A DNA stretch of 64,000 nt from Verrucomicrobiia bacterium (GCA_036524155.1 DATDCV010000050.1:412-64411), one strand, 5' to 3'; counted from the stretch's first letter, positions 1 to 7,901 are shown. Numbers and translations: made by a program. The notes: generated by a model not told the origin, from the letters alone.

Positions 1-1
1 C

Positions 2-1069
2 CAGGCCAGCCGCTACCAGGACATGACCTTCCGCATCGTTCGCAACGATGCCATCCAGAAGTACCGCGCCCAGTTCGACCTCGCCGCGCAATATGTTTAC
101 CTGGCGGCCATCGCCTACGATTTCGAGACGCAACTACTCGGCGGCCGACCGGGGGCAGGCCGCAATTTCCTCACCGACATCGTGAAGCAGCGCGCGCTCG
201 GCGAAGTAGTCGACGGGGTGCCGGTGGCCGGCCGTCACGGCCTGGCCGATCCGCTGGCGCGCCTGAACCAGAACTTCGGCGTGCTCAAGGGCCAGTTGGG
301 CTTCAACAATCCCCAGACCGAAACCGGGCGGTTCTCCCTGCGCAACGAACTGCTGCGCCTGCGCGAGATCTCGGACGACGAATGGCGAGCCGAGTTGAAG
401 AAACGCATCGTGGGCAATCTCTGGGACGTTCCCGAATTCCGCCGTTATTGCCGCCCCTTCGCGCCGGAATCCGCCGGGCCGCAACCCGGATTGGTCATCC
501 GGTTCCCGACCACGGTCACGTTCGGCTTGAATTATTTTGGCTGGCCGCTCGGCGGCGGCGACAGCGCCTATGACCCTACGCTTTTCGCCACCAAGGTGCG
601 TTCCGCCGGTGTGTGGTTTGAGAATTACCTCGGCAGCGGACTGTCGCAAACGCCGCGCGTGTATCTCGTCCCCGCGGGCGCGGACATGATGCGCTCGCCG
701 TCCGGCAGCGATCTCGAGACCCGCGAGTGGCGCGTGGTGGATCAGAAGATCCCGGTGCCGTTTCCGATCGGGTTCTCGACCCTGAACGACCCGGCGTGGA
801 TTCCCGTCAACGATTCGCTGAGCGACACTTTCGCCGATGTCCGCCGCTTCTCCAGCTTCCGCGCCTTTCACGACAGCGGCGTGTTCGACGCGTCGGAAAC
901 CATTACGGACACGCGCCTCATCGGCCGCTCGGTCTGGAACACCGACTGGATGCTCATCATTCCCGGCGGCACCTTCCTGTCCAATCCGACCGAAGGGCTG
1001 GACACGTTCATCAACTCGGTCGGCGACATCAAAATCTTTTTCCAGACCTACGCCTACTCGGGAAACTGA
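2..1069 (+). CDS. C-terminal part of a larger conserved hypothetical protein (5' end outside the window)
   Basis: The frame is open from base 2 to the TGA at 1067-1069. The ORF-track start at 23 is only the first in-frame ATG. The amino-acid composition is balanced. No family was recognised by eye. Confidence 0.6.
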   Translation, partial: QASRYQDMTFRIVRNDAIQKYRAQFDLAAQYVYLAAIAYDFETQLLGGRPGAGRNFLTDIVKQRALGEVVDGVPVAGRHGLADPLARLNQNFGVLKGQLGFNNPQTETGRFSLRNELLRLREISDDEWRAELKKRIVGNLWDVPEFRRYCRPFAPESAGPQPGLVIRFPTTVTFGLNYFGWPLGGGDSAYDPTLFATKVRSAGVWFENYLGSGLSQTPRVYLVPAGADMMRSPSGSDLETREWRVVDQKIPVPFPIGFSTLNDPAWIPVNDSLSDTFADVRRFSSFRAFHDSGVFDASETITDTRLIGRSVWNTDWMLIIPGGTFLSNPTEGLDTFINSVGDIKIFFQTYAYSGN

Positions 1070-1102
1070 GAACATCGCGTGAACCCTGAATTGTCCAAGA
1101 AC

Positions 1103-1930
1103 ATGAAAACGAACCTGAATCTCAAGGTAGGGTGCGCAGTCCTCTGCGCGCCGCTCGCCCTCATCGCCCTGCTGGCCACGACCGCGTCGGCCGGCCTCCC
1201 CGAACCCGATAACCTCCTGTACGGCAGTATCAGGCTGGATAACGCCCTCGTGACGGCTGCCCGCACGGACGTGGTCATCGAAGCTCGCCGCACACTGAGT
1301 GGTCCGGCCATCAGCCGGTATCGGATGGGAACGAGCCCCGCCATGGGAGACCTCTATGTGCTCCGGCTCCAGCTCGAATCCGTGCCGCCCATCGCGGATC
1401 CGAACTCGTCGCAGATTTCGGACACGCTATTTGTGGTCGTCACTGACGGCACGGGTCTTCGCGCGCAAACGGGTTACACCATCGCCCAACGTGGCGTCGC
1501 CCAACGGGTGGACTTTGGCGTGGCTGCAGTGGATGCGGACGGCGATGGCCTGCCGGATGCCTGGGAGTTGCTGCACTTTGCGCACCTGGGACAGACCGCC
1601 CAAACGCTCGATGTGAACGGTCAAACTGCAGGGCAAAACTACATCGCCGGCACAAACCCCAACGACACCAACGACGTGCTCCGACTCAGCATGATCCGGA
1701 GCAACGATCAGCCGGTGGTATCATTCCTGGCCCGTAGCGCCAGCGGCGTGGGTTACGAAGGACGCTCCCGCTATTACGCCCTGGAAACCTGCGTCAATCC
1801 CGCGGCCGGCGACTGGACTGACGTGCCTGAGTTTGCCTTGCTGCCCGGGAAAGATGAGCTGCTCCTCCTCCCTTCGCCGAGGACAAATTCTTCCGCCAAC
1901 TTCCGCGTCCGCGTGTGGCTGCAGCCTTGA
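1103..1930 (+). CDS. secreted hypothetical protein with a Ca-binding-like DADGDGLPD motif and a C-terminal W-x-DVP...F-R-V tail
   Basis: ATG at 1103 (alternative GTG at 1079). The N-terminus MKTNLNLKVGCAVLCAPLALIALLATTASA looks like a signal peptide. It has a thrombospondin-type-3-like DADGDGLPDAWE motif. The gene starts 10-34 nt after the upstream gene. Confidence 0.7.
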   Translation: MKTNLNLKVGCAVLCAPLALIALLATTASAGLPEPDNLLYGSIRLDNALVTAARTDVVIEARRTLSGPAISRYRMGTSPAMGDLYVLRLQLESVPPIADPNSSQISDTLFVVVTDGTGLRAQTGYTIAQRGVAQRVDFGVAAVDADGDGLPDAWELLHFAHLGQTAQTLDVNGQTAGQNYIAGTNPNDTNDVLRLSMIRSNDQPVVSFLARSASGVGYEGRSRYYALETCVNPAAGDWTDVPEFALLPGKDELLLLPSPRTNSSANFRVRVWLQP

Positions 1931-1935
1931 GGAAG
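1821..1935 (+). repeat. direct repeat copy 1 (3' end of CDS 1103..1930)
   Basis: Aligns without gaps to 4181-4295 (offset 2360) with 5 mismatches in 115 nt. Confidence 0.9.
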
Positions 1936-1960
1936 TTTCGTTGGAACTTTCTGCCGTGAA

Positions 1961-3517
1961 TCAAAAGGCGAGCTGTATTCGGGTAAACAAAACGTTTTCA
2001 TCCTTTCTCGTCACAGATGCCGGCGCGCTGGTTCCGCTGCCTCCGCCACCATCAAAAGTCGCATGCGAGAAACTCGTCGCCACCTTGACGTTGCGGTTGA
2101 GGTACCAGTTCAGACCCACCGACCATTCTTTGGCTGAATTGGCCGAAGTCCGAGGATTGGAGTAGAGCGGAAAGGCGTCGGGATCGATGTCCAGTTGCGA
2201 GTAACGTGCAACGAGCTGCCATGCGCCCCAACCGCCATTGGCTGGATTGAAGTTGCGACGTGGAATCACGCCGTTGAACGCGGCAGCCTCACCCGTAAGC
2301 ACCCAACTGCCGGTGACTTGCCAGGCGGTGTGTTCCAGCCGGGCAGAATGCGCCGGACCAGCCCCGGCAAGGCTGACCTTTTGATCGGAGATCGCGTACT
2401 CCCCCAACAACCCGAATGGCCCGTAATAATAATAGGCCTGGGGCGAAACCCGCCAGTGGGCCCCGTCGGCGACCACGGACCGGTTAGTTGGATTATAGGC
2501 GAAGAACAACTGTTGCCCCACCGTCGAATAGCCGTTGTTATTGGGAAGTCCCGCCGTGTTGGTGCCTTGCATATCTTCGTAGCTGCCGGCCACACCGAAA
2601 CCAAGTCCCTGGAGAGCACCGATTGAAGTGGTCTTGAAAGGCTGCAGAAAGAGCCGGCCAGCAAAAGACTTGTTGTCCTCGATGTCCACGTTGCTGGAGT
2701 TTTTGGCGTCACCAATACCGCTGAAGATGCCCGCGGCGTAGCTGACCGAGCCGCCCAGCAGATCGCCGTGCAGCTCGAAACCCAAATCGCGATTCGGCAC
2801 CAGGTCCGTAACCAATGAGCGCTCGTTGAACAGGATGTCCTTATCCGCCTGGAGCTGTTCCAGGCCAACAGGAGTTTTGAACTTCCCTGCCTGGAGCTGA
2901 AGCGCAGGCGTGTAACGGTAGTTCAGATAGGCGTCGAAAATCTGAGGCGAACCGCTGCCGCCAAAATCCGGGACGAACAGGAAGTCGAAATCGCGAAAAA
3001 CCGTGCCCTGTAAAATGGGCCGTGCCCGTCGCAACAAAATGCCGTCGTTTCCTGCAGTCCCCGAATCGTTAAAGAAGGTCCGTGAGTCCACCTGAAGAAC
3101 ACCCTTTAGCTGCAGGCCAAAGGCGCCGTCCGCGGAGGTAACACCGAAGCCGTTGGCGCCGACCGTGATTTTCGGGGCTTCCTTGGCCTTAGCTTCCGCG
3201 GCCTCCTGGTCCAATTCGCGGTTTCGCTCGAGGATCTTTACTTTCTGATTCAGCTCCTCCACCTGCGCAGCGCTATTGGTATCAGGCGCAGCGGTTTGCC
3301 CCCGGTTCTCGATCAACTTAAGTTTTTGATCCAGTTCTTCGACCTTTTGTCTTAACGCGCGGAGCTCATCGGCAGGCGTGGCTGTATCCTGGGCTGTCAG
3401 GTTGGATCCGGACAAGGCCCCAATGAGCAAGATGGCAGCGAAGTAAGCTGCTGCCGCCCTGCCGCGTTCGGGCAAATCAGACCGCCGCTCGATCCGAACA
3501 AGCTGGGTAAGTTTCAT
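1961..3517 (-). CDS. outer-membrane porin, phosphate-selective porin O/P (OprO/OprP)-like
   Basis: Has an N-terminal hydrophobic signal-like segment. A coiled-coil stretch follows (ELRALRQKVEELDQKLKLIE, EELNQKVKILERNRELDQEAAEAKAKE). The rest is a long alternating beta-strand pattern ending in RIQLAF, a terminal aromatic beta-signal. Confidence 0.8.
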   Translation of the reverse strand: MKLTQLVRIERRSDLPERGRAAAAYFAAILLIGALSGSNLTAQDTATPADELRALRQKVEELDQKLKLIENRGQTAAPDTNSAAQVEELNQKVKILERNRELDQEAAEAKAKEAPKITVGANGFGVTSADGAFGLQLKGVLQVDSRTFFNDSGTAGNDGILLRRARPILQGTVFRDFDFLFVPDFGGSGSPQIFDAYLNYRYTPALQLQAGKFKTPVGLEQLQADKDILFNERSLVTDLVPNRDLGFELHGDLLGGSVSYAAGIFSGIGDAKNSSNVDIEDNKSFAGRLFLQPFKTTSIGALQGLGFGVAGSYEDMQGTNTAGLPNNNGYSTVGQQLFFAYNPTNRSVVADGAHWRVSPQAYYYYGPFGLLGEYAISDQKVSLAGAGPAHSARLEHTAWQVTGSWVLTGEAAAFNGVIPRRNFNPANGGWGAWQLVARYSQLDIDPDAFPLYSNPRTSANSAKEWSVGLNWYLNRNVKVATSFSHATFDGGGGSGTSAPASVTRKDENVLFTRIQLAF

Positions 3518-3642
3518 GTTGTATAGTCGTTTTCATCCCGAAACCGCCGGTGGTCGGGTCAGCTCCGTTCTTGTTCTTGCCTCCAGTGATCTTCGGTTGC
3601 CCGATCGACCTTATGAAATCCTAACTGAGTTTGAGGAGAGCG

Positions 3643-3837
3643 TTATGCCGCCGCCGTTTTCAACGCCTGCTCAAGGTCGCCCTTGTCGAAACGAACTTTC
3701 TCGGTCTTTTCGATCTGTACCACCCTCGCCTCATGCACCACGACTTGCACCGTCCCGAATCGTAGTGACTCAACTTGGTGCTTCAGAACCGCCAGCCAGG
3801 CTGGCTCAGCCCCTTCGATTTCTGCTGTCCGATTCAT
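3643..3837 (-). CDS. YezD/DUF2292 family small protein
   Basis: 64 aa. LRFGTVQVVVHEARVVQIEKTEKVRF matches the DUF2292 core (G-x-V-x-I-x-V-x-x-G-x-V-x-Q-I-E-K-T-E-K). A paralog lies at 30534..30767. Confidence 0.8.
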   Translation of the reverse strand: MNRTAEIEGAEPAWLAVLKHQVESLRFGTVQVVVHEARVVQIEKTEKVRFDKGDLEQALKTAAA

Positions 3838-3864
3838 ATGGCTGCTAAATCATTTTGCGACTGC

Positions 3865-3892
3865 ATTCTACACTAAATGATTAGTATGTCAA
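3865..3892 (-). promoter_or_regulatory. candidate sigma-70 promoter for yezD-porin (TTGACA-N16-TAGAAT on the minus strand)
   Basis: The plus strand has tgtcaa at 3887-3892 and attcta at 3865-3870, separated by a 16-nt spacer. It sits in a strongly AT-rich block about 30 nt upstream of the yezD ATG. Confidence 0.35.
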
Positions 3893-4155
3893 TATGAATA
3901 CTAGTGATTATATTATGCTGATTCCGTTGGATTTATGCATGTATCGTCATTATATGCAAAGGCTAATTCAGTAGATCTGTCGAGATTTCATCTAGAGCGG
4001 ATCTCACCCAGAGAGAGCGTCGGGCGATGTAGTCAGCGCCCTTGAACATCCGGCGTTATTCGGCAATAGAACCGACAACAACCTCCAAAAAGGAGTCCCG
4101 GTATGCGCAGTGTCAGCGGCGGAATAAAGACCGCTGTATTGCATGGGAAAGTTGA

Positions 4156-4290
4156 CCGAAGCCGGCGCGACTATGGACGGACGCGCCCGAGTTTGCCCTG
4201 CTGCCCGGGAAAGATGAGCTGCTCCTCCTCCCTTCGCCGAGGACCAATTCTTCCGCCAACCTCCGCGTCCGCGTGTGGCTGCAGCCTTGA
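4156..4290 (+). pseudogene. relic of the C-terminal ~40 codons of a paralog of CDS 1103..1930
   Basis: The in-frame translation is ...LWTDAPEFALLPGKDELLLLPSPRTNSSANLRVRVWLQP*, ending at TGA 4288-4290. An in-frame TGA at 4153-4155 blocks it upstream. This is repeat copy 2 (4181-4295). Confidence 0.75.
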
Positions 4291-4415
4291 GGAAGCTCGA
4301 AACCGAAACCGCCAGCCACCATCAACTTGTATTCAGATAATAAAGTCGGAAACTGAGAGGGAGTCTAACGTCGCTGCTCAGTGGCGCGCCACTCCAGATG
4401 CAGCCAACCCAAACA

Positions 4416-4433
4416 GACGCGCGTCGGCGCGTC
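4416..4433 (-). terminator. possible hairpin terminator after the toxin gene
   Basis: gacgcgc-gtcg-gcgcgtc forms a 7-bp GC stem 15 nt past the toxin stop. On the minus strand it is followed by UCUGUUUGGGUU, only a partial U-tract. Confidence 0.3.
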
Positions 4434-4447
4434 CATTGAAGCAACCG

Positions 4448-4747
4448 TTAGCCCGGTTCTTTGAGAGACTTTCGGATCCATCGTGGAGCCCGGCGGCAAT
4501 CCAGCACCCGAAAAACGACTGCGTCGCCCTCAAGTATTCGATAATACACGGCATAAGGGAAGCGGTGCGCCAGCAGGCGATGATACCCGAACTGGACTCG
4601 GTGAATTCCTGCATAAAGCACCAGTGAATCAATTTCCGAAAAGAGGCTGTCTAAAAAGTAATCTCCAACGCCTTCTTGCTGCTGATTATAGAATTCCCGG
4701 CCGCTCGCCAGATCCTCCAGAGCGGGTCGAAGGACTCGCACCTTCAT
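4448..4747 (-). CDS. type II toxin, RelE/ParE family
   Basis: 99 aa with the family's typical layout (...HRFPYAVYYRILEGDAVVFRVLDCRRAP). It has a 4-nt ATGA overlap with the upstream antitoxin gene. Confidence 0.85.
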   Translation of the reverse strand: MKVRVLRPALEDLASGREFYNQQQEGVGDYFLDSLFSEIDSLVLYAGIHRVQFGYHRLLAHRFPYAVYYRILEGDAVVFRVLDCRRAPRWIRKSLKEPG

Positions 4748-4962
4748 TTTTCAAACCGCTTTCGCAGTTCGTTCTTTGCGTCTTCCCAATCGAGTGCTTC
4801 GATTCGCCCAGCGCCAAAGTCCGCCGCTGTCTTCTTCAGCTCTTCCTCATGCCAGGCTGGGCTCTCGAACGCGTCCTCATCCCGCGCCAAATCGGCCCAC
4901 AAGGTCTCGATGATCCTTAGCTTTTCCGCAGATGGCAGTTTGCGGAGTTCAGCGATGCTCAT
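4744..4962 (-). CDS. antitoxin, putative addiction-module component (TIGR02574-like)
   Basis: 72 aa. AELRKLPSAEKLRIIETLWADL...WHEEELKKTAADFGAGRIEALDWEDAKNELRKR fits the addiction-module antitoxin pattern. It is translationally coupled to the toxin. Confidence 0.8.
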   Translation of the reverse strand: MSIAELRKLPSAEKLRIIETLWADLARDEDAFESPAWHEEELKKTAADFGAGRIEALDWEDAKNELRKRFEK

Positions 4963-5192
4963 GAGGAAAAGCTACGCGGAGACGGCACGCCCAGCAAGCG
5001 CGACTTTCTGCGCTAACAATGATTGAGCAGCCGGCTCGTTCGCTCATTGAGCGAGTTCGATTTCTCCCCGAGGCTCCTCATACAGAATCCGTTATACGCC
5101 GACCGGCAGAGACGTCAACCCGTCGAAAATCGGCCACCCCACCCCCGTCGTTCACCGGTTGGGGTTAGGGTTAGCTGCCGCTTCAACCCGCA

Positions 5193-5467
5193 GGGTTGGC
5201 AGACAGTAGCCGGCGGGTCGTTCGGGTGCAGCAGGGGCGAACGACCGCCGGGAAAAACGCCCGCACGCCGGCGCCTCCTGAAGGGATGCCAGCATGAACC
5301 CACCGGCGTTTCACGACCGCAATTTCGGGTGGGCTCGCCCGGGCCGGTGCACGCCTTTCTGCCACCGCCTTCGGGGTGGCAGGATCATTTTACTGCCTGA
5401 CCGGAGGTCGCCGCCCCCCGAAGACCCTGGCGACCTCCGGCTACTGTCTGCCAATCCTTCGGATTGG
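5193..5467. ncRNA. candidate structured RNA or MITE-like element of unknown class
   Basis: An 18-bp perfect inverted repeat, 5196-5213 (ttggcagacagtagccgg) and 5437-5454 (ccggctactgtctgccaa), encloses GC-rich hairpins. These are 5214-5224/5238-5247, 5265-5271/5303-5309, 5359-5366/5375-5382 (cUUCGg loop) and 5401-5412/5429-5440 (12 bp), plus 5451-5467. No credible ORF is present. Confidence 0.35.
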
Positions 5468-6080
5468 GGGCGGGATTCTCGTGCTTGAATCGTTGTCCCG
5501 ATCAAGCGCGCTTCATCGTTCGAGATGGCGAACGGGCAAAGACGCAGGAGGATTGGGAAAACGGCGGCGGTAAAACGTGGGTGTTGGGAGAGTGACGTTA
5601 ACGCTCTGCCTCAGCCGCGACCGGCGTTTGGATTGCCAATGACCTAATCGAAGGAACCGACGAAGGTTTATACAGGCAGAAGCCTTGCGAACTCGAGCCG
5701 GTCATGCGCCGCTTACTGGTCCTGAAACGATTGGTGGAGTTGGAGCGCAAAGCCCGGGTAGAGCTGTCGCCCAAGCTGGAGCCTGAGCAAGAACCGGACG
5801 ACCTGCCAGGGCAAAATCCACAGCCACCACGCCCAAGCCGCCGTTGCCCAAAGAGCGTGTCCAAGGAGCAGGGTCTTCCAGGCTAGCTGGCGCTGAACGG
5901 CGTGGCGGGCCTATAAGGCCTGCCGCGTCGCTCGGCTGCGTGCGACAGAAAGATCCCAGGCCCATGCAGCCCAAATGGTTGCGAATGCGATCGGGGACCG
6001 TTCAGGAGTTTATTGGCCAGTTCAAGACTTTATTGTTCGGTTCAGAACAGTTTTGTCCGACTACAATTCTCCTGTACTCA

Positions 6081-6225
6081 GGTAATAAACTTGGAAACTC
6101 AAAGCGAGGCTAAACCCTTGCCTTTCAGGACATGTGAAAATTCTTCAAAAGGAATAAAGTTGGAAACTGACGGACCCCGCTGCCAGTCAACCCAACAAAG
6201 GCCAGGTAATAAAGTAGGATACTGG
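6081..6225 (+). repeat. three imperfect direct copies of a ~20-nt motif (GGTAATAAAGTTGGAAACTGA-like)
   Basis: The copies are 6081-6101 ggtaataaacttggaaactca, 6151-6170 ggaataaagttggaaactga and 6205-6225 ggtaataaagtaggatactgg. A fourth copy is at 4337-4357 (ataataaagtcggaaactgag). Inverted half-motifs occur at 6007-6014 and 6027-6034. Confidence 0.5.
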
Positions 6226-6297
6226 AACCGGAAAGCCAACTTTGGATCAAGGAAGAACCTTGTACGTTCCCTTAGCGACAAGGATGGCGAAGCAGTT

Positions 6298-6921
6298 TCA
6301 TTCCTTGGCCATGGCGGGCTGACGGAGCGCTTGCGCCAGTTCTTCACTGAAATCCGCGGCCAGGGCGCTCAAGGTTGTGGCGATGACCTCGGGTTTCCCG
6401 CGGGGAGACGGGCCAAAGCGTGTCAAGCGGGCTTGGCCGGTCTTCATCGGCTTATCCGAGCCAACGGCGGTGAGCCGCCAAGCCACGAGCAGAGTTCCCC
6501 GCCCTTCAGTGTCCACATCGAATTGTTGAACATCGACGGACGCTCGCAGTACCGCCGGGGCAGGTCCCTCAGAGGTGAGATAAGCCCGGTCTGACGCCAG
6601 CAGGACGGAAAGGTTTTGGGCCAGAGTTCGCCGGAAGGACTGGTCCAACCGCTCGGCCCAGAGAGCGGTTTCGAGGTACTGCAATTCGTTGTCTCCCTTG
6701 CGAGCCGCCATGGAATCCCGCAGCAGACTGGAAGGCATTTTCACAAAACCGACTTCAACGGCTGGCGGCTGCGCGTCAACCGCTGCATGATCGGAAACCG
6801 GGATCGGCGTTAGAACGAAGTGTCGCGTGGGTACTCGTGCGGGCTTTATCACGCATCCGCCAGCAATCAAGCTGAGGCCGCACGTCATTACCAAAACCTG
6901 GAGGTGTCTGGACCCTTTCAT
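6298..6921 (-). CDS. ABC-transport auxiliary lipoprotein, PqiC/YmbA (DUF330)-like
   Basis: Has the lipobox LSLIAGGC. It is about 200 aa and lies immediately downstream of the MCE protein in the same operon. Confidence 0.75.
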   Translation of the reverse strand: MKGSRHLQVLVMTCGLSLIAGGCVIKPARVPTRHFVLTPIPVSDHAAVDAQPPAVEVGFVKMPSSLLRDSMAARKGDNELQYLETALWAERLDQSFRRTLAQNLSVLLASDRAYLTSEGPAPAVLRASVDVQQFDVDTEGRGTLLVAWRLTAVGSDKPMKTGQARLTRFGPSPRGKPEVIATTLSALAADFSEELAQALRQPAMAKE

Positions 6922-6926
6922 AGTTA

Positions 6927-7901
6927 TTATTTCGGTGGCTTTCTTCCAGCTATTAAGGCGTCCGGGTTACGTTTGAGGAATTCGGCGAGGTCGGCGACAG
7001 AACGGCCGGCGTTACCTAGTTGTTCCAGCGCCAGCGTAAGGTCGGAGCCGAAGGAGTTGTCCGGGCCCAGCAAATCGGAGAGGTTCTGCGCGGCGCCGCG
7101 AATCTTGACCAGTGTGGTCTGCGCTTCAAACAGGGTGTTCGTGACGTTGTCCGCTAGCGGGTCCACGCGCCCATCAATTCTCGCCAACAGTGTCTCGGCA
7201 CGGTTGAGGGTCCGTCGGAGGGCGACAACGGAGTTGGTCAGGTCCGGTGTGGCGAGAAGTTGATTTGCTGCTCCGAGCAGGTTAGTCACTCCGGCATTAA
7301 TCTGAGGAAGGTTCAGACTCCCGAGGCTGGTATCCAAACGACTTAGCAAGGAACTCAGCTTCGCGGAGATGCCAGGCAGATCGAGCTGTTCGAGGTGGTC
7401 CATGAGCCGCTGCACCTGGCTGGGAATAGTCGGGATCTCCATGTACCGAGGACTGGCTTGATGGAATACGGGAGCGGGCGCATCGGGTATAATGTCCAGA
7501 CTTATGTAAAGGACTCCGGTGACCAGGCTCTCAGCATCCAAGCGGCCACGAAAGCCACGACGGATGTTTTCATTTAAGTACGCCTGGCTGCTGATCGGAA
7601 GCGCCTTATCGGACCTGGATTGGAGAAGCTTGTTGTCAATCGCGACTATTACCGGCATTGCAAAGTCGTCGCTGGATTGATTGTGGTGGATCAGGATCTG
7701 GTCCACCTTGCCTATGGTCACACCTCGGAATTTGACGGGGGCGCCAGGATTCAAACCTTTGAGCGAGCCGTCGAAGTAAAGGATGGACTTTTGCTGCTGG
7801 TGGAAAAAGTGGCCGGAACTGAAGATGAGCACCCCGGCGACGCCCAATGCCAGGCCAATCACGAGGAACATGCCGAGAGCCGTTGGATTCGTTGCTTTCA
7901 T
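6927..7901 (-). CDS. MlaD/MCE-domain substrate-binding protein
   Basis: Has an N-terminal TM helix, then an MCE core (LKGLNPGAPVKFRGVTIGKVDQI), then a long helical C-terminal region. It overlaps the ATPase gene by 4 nt. Confidence 0.85.
   Translation of the reverse strand: MKATNPTALGMFLVIGLALGVAGVLIFSSGHFFHQQQKSILYFDGSLKGLNPGAPVKFRGVTIGKVDQILIHHNQSSDDFAMPVIVAIDNKLLQSRSDKALPISSQAYLNENIRRGFRGRLDAESLVTGVLYISLDIIPDAPAPVFHQASPRYMEIPTIPSQVQRLMDHLEQLDLPGISAKLSSLLSRLDTSLGSLNLPQINAGVTNLLGAANQLLATPDLTNSVVALRRTLNRAETLLARIDGRVDPLADNVTNTLFEAQTTLVKIRGAAQNLSDLLGPDNSFGSDLTLALEQLGNAGRSVADLAEFLKRNPDALIAGRKPPK

Noticed and set aside
134-1075. 313-aa antisense ORF opposite the first CDS. Similar long antisense ORFs occur at 19995..20990, 28094..28933, 30835..31704, 31685..32374, 47822..48694, 53725..54507, 57534..59147 and 61558..62172.
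   Set aside because: Their composition is Arg/Ala/Gly/Pro-rich and low-complexity. They lie exactly opposite genes with strong family signatures. These are typical high-GC shadow ORFs.
4379-4392. Perfect 14-bp palindrome agtggcgcgccact.
   Set aside because: It is a single short GC palindrome downstream of the toxin gene. It may simply be part of the terminator region, and there is no evidence for a specific binding site.
5193-5467. Cobalamin riboswitch (cccgaagaccctggc resembles the B12-box GCCCGAAGACCUGCC). RNase P (acagtagccgg resembles ACAGAACCCGGC). tRNA, tmRNA, 6S and SRP.
   Set aside because: The other obligatory cores are absent or in the wrong order. These are GGGAA...GGUGAAAAUCC...CCGCCACUG for cobalamin and GGAAAGUCCGGGC for RNase P. 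There is also no T-loop GTTCGAATC-type sequence outside coding regions. The element is therefore left unclassified.
5704-5886. 60-aa ORF (MRRLLVLKRLVELERKARVELSPKLEPEQEPDD...) and other 60-125-aa ORFs within 4963-6297.
   Set aside because: They are short and overlap each other in several frames. They have low-complexity or Pro/Arg-rich composition, and no start context or family was recognisable.
6081-6225. CRISPR array.
   Set aside because: There are only three imperfect ~20-nt copies with irregular spacing (70 and 54 nt), and no cas genes are present. This is not a CRISPR array.
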